DNA of 62,291 bases, the filler included, from Myxococcota bacterium (lineage in GTDB: Bacteria; Myxococcota_C; UBA6777), in assembly GCA_023150835.1 (NCBI GenBank). It is 2 parts of 2 records of this genome, joined end to end, with 100 filler letters (N's around TTAATTAATTAA, not from the genome) between each part and the next. Parts side by side here need not be neighbours in the genome. Positions count along the whole stretch, not along the records: positions 31,679 to 62,291 come from JAKLKB010000078.1; 1 more part is not named here. The stretch is one strand, 5' to 3'. The translations under genes and the position numbers were made by a program. Below the pieces are notes generated by a model. It searched no databases. It saw nothing but the letters and a program-made list of their open reading frames with translations, and had not been told where the DNA came from. Shown here piece by piece: positions 57,318 to 62,291 of the stretch. Each line of letters opens with the position of its first letter. Positions within the stretch are counted from its first letter, which is position 1.

Positions 57318-57934
57318 TGCACCACCATTCCACCACGGAGATCGTCGAAGAGTTCACCGAGCCTTCTTACGACAAACTCCTCGATCACGAATACGATGGC
57401 ATCCGCGAATACGATAACCCCTTGCCCGGATGGTGGAAGAATCTCTTCTACCTCTCTATCCTCTTCGCTTTCGGCTACTGGGGGTACTATCACTTCGGTG
57501 GCTCCGCACTCTCCGTCCAACAGATCCACGCCCTCGAAGTCGCCCAAGCCAACGCTGAAATGAAACAGCGACGCGGCAAAGACTTTGAAAAAAATCTCGC
57601 CAACGATTTCCAAAAGATCGTCGGAAACCCCCAATCCATCGCCAAAGGCAAAGAGGCTTATACCAAAAACGGTTGCCTTGCCTGCCATCGCCCCGACGGC
57701 GGCGGACTCATCGGACCCAACCTAACGGATCGCTTCTGGATCTTTGGGCCTCAACCCGTCCAGATCTACAAAGCCATCTCCAACGGTGGTCGCCCCAACA
57801 AAGGCATGGAAGCGTGGGGTAAAAAGATCGCGCCTGACGATATCAAAGCCCTTGTCGCCTACGTCATCAGTTTGCGCGGCACCAACCCACCCAACCCCAA
57901 AAAACCCGAACCCGACGAAACCCCATTCCCCTGA
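57317..57934 (+). CDS. ccoP: cbb3 oxidase subunit CcoP (monoheme form)
   Basis: HEYDGIREYDNPLPGWW, one CLACH, IGPNLTD, GMEAWG. Confidence 0.92.
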   Translation: MHHHSTTEIVEEFTEPSYDKLLDHEYDGIREYDNPLPGWWKNLFYLSILFAFGYWGYYHFGGSALSVQQIHALEVAQANAEMKQRRGKDFEKNLANDFQKIVGNPQSIAKGKEAYTKNGCLACHRPDGGGLIGPNLTDRFWIFGPQPVQIYKAISNGGRPNKGMEAWGKKIAPDDIKALVAYVISLRGTNPPNPKKPEPDETPFP

Positions 57935-57983
57935 TCCCATCGGAGCCACGCATCCCAATAAGTTTTGTGGGGCTTTGCCCCAT

Positions 57984-58215
57984 AGGCGCTAGGTTACATG
58001 GTTGGCCCCCCACCAAGGCCAAAGACCGTGAACAGGGGAGGGAGCGAAAGTCGGAGGCAGCGAGGTTTTGGTTTTGTATGCCACACGCTGTTTGCACAAG
58101 AGCTTGTCTTTGCCTGATCCAACTTCCCCCCGTTGGCCGGGGGGAATGAGGGGGGCGACAAAATAAAGAACGATCATCCTCGACTATCCGGTGTTTCCGC
58201 CTTAACAAGGCGCGT
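57984..58215 (+). repeat. Family C element, copy 2
   Basis: Colinear with 30951-31187; flanked by hairpins GTGGGGCTTTGCCCCAT and ATGGGGGCTGCCCCTAC. Confidence 0.85.
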
Positions 58216-58268
58216 ATGGGGGCTGCCCCTACATTTTGCGATCATTGGGTCGGTGATTCGATTTGATC

Positions 58269-60128
58269 TCAATAATACCGACAGATGCTGTTCCCTATCG
58301 ACATTATCGCACATTTGGCTGGGGTACTGCCGCGTGTCGGGCAATCCGAGCAGTCCGCATCAGATTTGCATGACACAAGCTGGACAAAGGCGCTTTCACA
58401 AGAAGTGCTCCCCCCTTTACAAGCCGTGTTCCCCTGCGCGCAAACGGTGGCGGATCCTTGCGTCGTGATCGTATAGCAAACGGTGGAAGGTACGTTGTCG
58501 TCGATGGTTCCGTTGCAATCATCGTCTAGGTTGTTGCACTGCTCGACTTGAGGGGGGACTTCGCCCAGACAATCCCCCCAACCTTTGCCGTTTGCATGGC
58601 AGGTTTGTGTTCCTGCTTTGCATATCCCCGTGCATTTGTAGCTGTTTGTGGTGGTCGATGGGAAGCAGCCTGTGCTGTAGTTGTAGCAGGCTTGCGTGGT
58701 GTTGGGGATACAGACGCATCCCGAGGCGTCATCCACGCTTCCGTTGCAATCGTTGTCTTTGCCGTCACACTTGGTTTCTTTGGTTTCGTAGTCGGGGTTG
58801 GCCGCGTAGTCGCAGACCCACCCGCCGTTTTGACAGGTTTGTCGTGTACCGCTGCATACGCCGCTTTGTTTGCTGCACAAAACAGGCGTGAGGTTGTTGT
58901 CGATCTGCCCGTCGCAATCGTCATCGATCCCGTTGCACTCTTCGGCCTTGTTCGTGACGGCTCCGATACAAGCGGTCCATTGGCCGTTTTGGCAGGTCTG
59001 CGTTCCCGTTTTGCAGGGAAGCGTGCAGTTGTAGCTGCTTCCGCTTTGGGGGCAGCCTTGTGTTCCGGGATAACAGGTTTGGGTCGCTCCGTGTGTGCAA
59101 ATGCAAGCGCTGTGTTCGTCCGTCTTGTCGTTGCAATCGTTGTCTTTGCCGTCGCATTTGGTTTCGACAGCTTCGTAGTCGGGGTTGGCTGCGTAGTCTG
59201 CGGCTGTGCAATCGACCCATGCTCCTTTCACGCAGGTTTGCTTGGAGCCGTTGCAGACGCCTTTTTGGTTGCTACAGGGTTTGGAGGGGAGGTTGTTGTC
59301 GACGGCACCGTCGCAGTCGTCGTCTTTTCCGTTGCAGTCTTCAGGGGTAGGAACTTGTGCATCGCAGTTCCCCCATGTACCGTTGCTACACGTTTCTTTT
59401 CCGACGCCGCATTTGGATGAACAGGGGCGAGTGACGCCATCGTCGGTGGTACCGTCACAATCGTCGTCTTTGTTGTTGCATTCTTCGATCTTCTCGACGA
59501 CTTGCCCTTGGCATGGGCCCCAAACCCCATTGTCGCAAGTTTGTGTTCCTTCTTTGCATTCCCCCTTGCCTTGTGTTCCTGATGTTCCCGAATAACAAGG
59601 CCGCGTTTCTTTGTTTTGGCACTGGAGATCGGGCTTTGGCTCAGGTGCGGGTTCGGGTATCGGCTCCGAAGTGGTTTCGGGCGAGTCCTCACTTGCATCC
59701 GCCTTTTCGTCGGTGGGTTCGGTGTTGACCGATTCTTGGGGATTTTCGACGGAGGGTTCGGTGTTGACCGATTCTTGGGGATTTTCGACGGAGGGTTCGG
59801 TGTTGACGGACTCTTGGGGGTTTTCGTTAGAGGATTCGGTGTTGACGGACTCTTGGGGGGGTTCGTTAGAGGGTTCGGTATTGGCGGACTCTTGGGACTT
59901 TTCGTTAGAGGGTTCGGTATTGGCGGACTCTTGGGACTTTTCGTCAGAGGGTTCGGTGGAAGAAGTGGTGGAGCCGCAGAGTCCTTGATTGCAATCGAGT
60001 CCTCCGCAGTCCACGCTCGTTTGGCAAGGTTTCAGATGTGGCGAAAGCGAGGGGACTTGGCAGGCCAAGCCAAAGCACATGAGCGCAGAGAGCCATATCC
60101 ATCCAAGGTATCGAGATATCCGCGTCAT
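58269..60128 (-). CDS. Cys/Asp-rich (MopE-related repeat) lipoprotein
   Basis: AAGGAG then ATG at 60128; lipobox GLAC; six C-(N/D)-x2-D-(D/N)-D-C motifs. Confidence 0.88.
   Translation of the reverse strand: MTRISRYLGWIWLSALMCFGLACQVPSLSPHLKPCQTSVDCGGLDCNQGLCGSTTSSTEPSDEKSQESANTEPSNEKSQESANTEPSNEPPQESVNTESSNENPQESVNTEPSVENPQESVNTEPSVENPQESVNTEPTDEKADASEDSPETTSEPIPEPAPEPKPDLQCQNKETRPCYSGTSGTQGKGECKEGTQTCDNGVWGPCQGQVVEKIEECNNKDDDCDGTTDDGVTRPCSSKCGVGKETCSNGTWGNCDAQVPTPEDCNGKDDDCDGAVDNNLPSKPCSNQKGVCNGSKQTCVKGAWVDCTAADYAANPDYEAVETKCDGKDNDCNDKTDEHSACICTHGATQTCYPGTQGCPQSGSSYNCTLPCKTGTQTCQNGQWTACIGAVTNKAEECNGIDDDCDGQIDNNLTPVLCSKQSGVCSGTRQTCQNGGWVCDYAANPDYETKETKCDGKDNDCNGSVDDASGCVCIPNTTQACYNYSTGCFPSTTTNSYKCTGICKAGTQTCHANGKGWGDCLGEVPPQVEQCNNLDDDCNGTIDDNVPSTVCYTITTQGSATVCAQGNTACKGGSTSCESAFVQLVSCKSDADCSDCPTRGSTPAKCAIMSIGNSICRYY
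59705..59957. repeat. 39-bp in-frame tandem repeat (~6.5 copies) encoding a TEPSxExxQESxN linker
   Basis: Read directly from the translation and DNA. Confidence 0.9.
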
Positions 60129-60217
60129 TGAACACTCCTTGCGTAAAGAAAGAAGCCTCAAGGGGGGGTGAGGCGAAAGTATGGGGAAGATGTCTTTTCT
60201 CGCTCGTAAGCCCAGCG

Positions 60218-61915
60218 CTACGGGTAGATGCAGAATTTCCCGTTTTCAGTTCCGTTGATGCAATTGGGACCTTTTCCGTTGTGCAGAGGGCATCCGTTAC
60301 AACTCGCAGCGTTGGTACAACTGAGCATAAACGTCGATTTGCATTGTTCTTGGCCGCTCACGCATTGTACGGTACCTTTGTAGCAGATATGGAAGCTGCC
60401 GACCTTGATACGAGCGCGGCATTCGCGAGGAGCGATATCGTCGATGGTGCCGTTGCAATCGTTGTCGATGGTGTCGCAGAGTTCAGGGGCAGGAATGATC
60501 GCGTCAACACATATCCCCCATGCTTTTCCATCGGGGTTGCAAGTTTGTTTTCCGGCGCGACAAGCCCCCGTGCAGGAGTACCGACCTCCGATAAGTACAC
60601 ACCCGGGTTTGGCGGGGTAGCAGGCTCTTTGTTGGCCGGGGGTGCAGAGGCATGTTTCGTCGATTTGGCCGTCGCAGTCGTTGTCTTTGCCGTCGCACTT
60701 GGATTCCACTCCTTCGTAGTCTGTTCCGTAATCGCAGTTCAACTGGCTCTCTTTGCAGGTGTATCTTACGCCTTGGCAGACGCCGATTTGTTTGGGGCAT
60801 AGTTGTGGGAGCGGCAAGTTGTTATCGATTTGGCCGTCGCAATCGTTGTCTTTGCCGTCGCAGATCTCGGGCGTGTTGGTGATCTGGCCGTCGCATGGGC
60901 CCCACTGTCCGTTTCTGCATGTTTGAGAGCCTGCTTTACACGGAGCTTTGCAGGTGTAGAAACCGTTTTGAAATAGGCAGCCTTTTGTTCCTGTGTAGCA
61001 AGGTCGAGAAGAGCCATCTTGACAAGAGCATCCGTCATCGATTTGGCCGTTGCAATCGTTGTCAAGGCCATCGCATTTGTTTATTTCTGGATCGAGATAT
61101 TCGGGGATACTGTTGTAGTTACAGCGGCTCCATTGGCCGTTGTTGCAGGTCTCGAACGAGCCTTTGCAGACGCCTCTTTGCTCGCAATCTCTTGTAATGC
61201 CGTCGATCTTTCCGTCACAATCGTCGTCTTTGTTGTTGCATATTTCGGTTTGGGGAGCGGGGGCGTCACAAGCTCCCCATTTTCCTGCGTTGCAGGTTTG
61301 CTTACCGCTTCCACATTCGCTGTTGCAGGCTTTTTGGAGGTTATCGTCGATTTGGCCGTTGCAGTCGTTGTCTACGTTGTCGCATTCTTCGGGGGTTGGG
61401 GGGATTTCGCCCACACAAGCATCGGCCCATTTTCCATTTTCGCAGGTTTGTGTTCCACTTTTACACGGGGCTTTGGGGGGAAGTGAGCCACCTGAGAAGC
61501 ATACTCTGGTTTGCCCGTCGGTACATTCGGCTTCGAGGGGGTCTTCTGCGACGATGAATTCGAAAGGCTCGGGTGGGGTTTCGGGGGTAGGTTCCGAAGC
61601 GTCTGTGATCTCATCGGTGTTTTCGGGGATTGGTTGTTCTGTGGGAGGCTCGGAAGCGTCGGTTGGCGCGATCTCGATGGTGGTTTCTTGCGTATCGGTC
61701 GGGGGTTCGGAGGGGGTTTGTTCTACGGAAGGCTCGTGTGGGGAGGATTCGGTTTGGGAGGAGCCACAAAGTCCTTGGTTGCAATCCGCTCCGTCGCATT
61801 CTGCGCTGGTTTGGCAAGGACGGAGATGGGGGTTGAGTGTGGGGGTTTGGCAGGCCACAAACGCGGCGAGAGCAAACAGAACGATGCAACAGAACAAACC
61901 GAAACGAACGGACAT
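60218..61915 (-). CDS. Cys/Asp-rich (MopE-related repeat) lipoprotein, tandem paralog of 58269-60128
   Basis: GAGG then ATG at 61915; lipobox FVAC; CQTPTLNPHLRPCQTS..C.G.DCNQGLCGS nearly the same as in the neighbour; six repeat motifs. Confidence 0.88.
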   Translation of the reverse strand: MSVRFGLFCCIVLFALAAFVACQTPTLNPHLRPCQTSAECDGADCNQGLCGSSQTESSPHEPSVEQTPSEPPTDTQETTIEIAPTDASEPPTEQPIPENTDEITDASEPTPETPPEPFEFIVAEDPLEAECTDGQTRVCFSGGSLPPKAPCKSGTQTCENGKWADACVGEIPPTPEECDNVDNDCNGQIDDNLQKACNSECGSGKQTCNAGKWGACDAPAPQTEICNNKDDDCDGKIDGITRDCEQRGVCKGSFETCNNGQWSRCNYNSIPEYLDPEINKCDGLDNDCNGQIDDGCSCQDGSSRPCYTGTKGCLFQNGFYTCKAPCKAGSQTCRNGQWGPCDGQITNTPEICDGKDNDCDGQIDNNLPLPQLCPKQIGVCQGVRYTCKESQLNCDYGTDYEGVESKCDGKDNDCDGQIDETCLCTPGQQRACYPAKPGCVLIGGRYSCTGACRAGKQTCNPDGKAWGICVDAIIPAPELCDTIDNDCNGTIDDIAPRECRARIKVGSFHICYKGTVQCVSGQEQCKSTFMLSCTNAASCNGCPLHNGKGPNCINGTENGKFCIYP

Positions 61916-61956
61916 GACGAGAACCTCGAAAAGTGAATGGATATGTACAGGCGTCA

Positions 61957-62092
61957 CGCGGTTGCCAAAAAACCCCGTGTTCGCGGTATTTCAAGCGACA
62001 GAGTCGTTTGTGTGAAAGATCTGTGCTCTTTTCGCCAACATGGGGTCAAGGGGGCTGTGCTAAGGGTGCGGGGTATGGGGCAGCGCCCCATA
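61957..62092 (+). repeat. Family B element, copy 4
   Basis: Matches 161-290 and the reverse complement of 31187-31320. Confidence 0.8.
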
Positions 62093-62291
62093 CGCGCCTT
62101 GTTAAGGTGGAAACACCGGATAGTCTAGCCTGATCGCCGTTTCTTTTTCTACCCCCCCCCTCAATCCCCCCGTGAACGGGGGGAAGTTGGAACGGGCAGC
62201 GTCTGCGTCTCGTGCAAACAGCGTGCGTCATGAAAAAACAAAATCCCCGCTGCTTCCGACTTTCGCTCCCTCCCCTGTTCACGGGGGAGGG
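62092..62291 (-). repeat. Family C element, copy 3 (runs off the window end)
   Basis: Reverse complement closely matches 30988-31187; abuts the terminal hairpin of B copy 4. Confidence 0.85.

Overview
About 62 kb of GC-rich bacterial DNA made of two separate contigs joined by an artificial spacer (44 N + TTAATTAATTAA + 44 N at 31579-31678), so adjacency across that point means nothing. Gene content (two Hanks-type Ser/Thr kinases, several Cys/Asp-rich lipoproteins, multiheme cytochrome c, fused ccoNO) suggests a myxobacterium-like organism (Myxococcota; inference, not a database result). Contig 1 carries recJ, secF-secD-yajC, two lipoproteins, a putative SAM methyltransferase, a TraX-family protein, a giant (~4,700 aa) DUF11-repeat/OmpA-like/beta-barrel surface protein, tRNA-Ala(GGC), tRNA-Val(GAC), a tetraheme cytochrome c, a membrane protein resembling a stripped-down ResB-CcsA fusion, and engB. 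Contig 2 carries a CPA2 antiporter, a lipoprotein plus MacB/Lol-type ABC transporter, a Ser/Thr kinase, DUF1015, a Cys-rich WD40 lipoprotein, an esterase lipoprotein, a Ser/Thr kinase with a periplasmic heme-c (CxxCH) module, type B L31, a Crp/Fnr regulator, ccoNO-Q-P and two tandem Cys-rich lipoproteins. Most notable: (1) the heme-c-sensor Ser/Thr kinase with a perfect TVFD tandem repeat close to fnr-cbb3; (2) the degenerate CcsBA-like protein; (3) three families of small non-coding intergenic elements that appear to insert into each other's hairpins; (4) repeated flips of strand-composition bias that ignore gene direction; (5) the giant putatively isopeptide-stabilised adhesin followed by acyl- and methyltransferase-like genes. 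All family assignments are by eye from motifs; no searches were run. No CRISPR array, transposase or integrase was seen.
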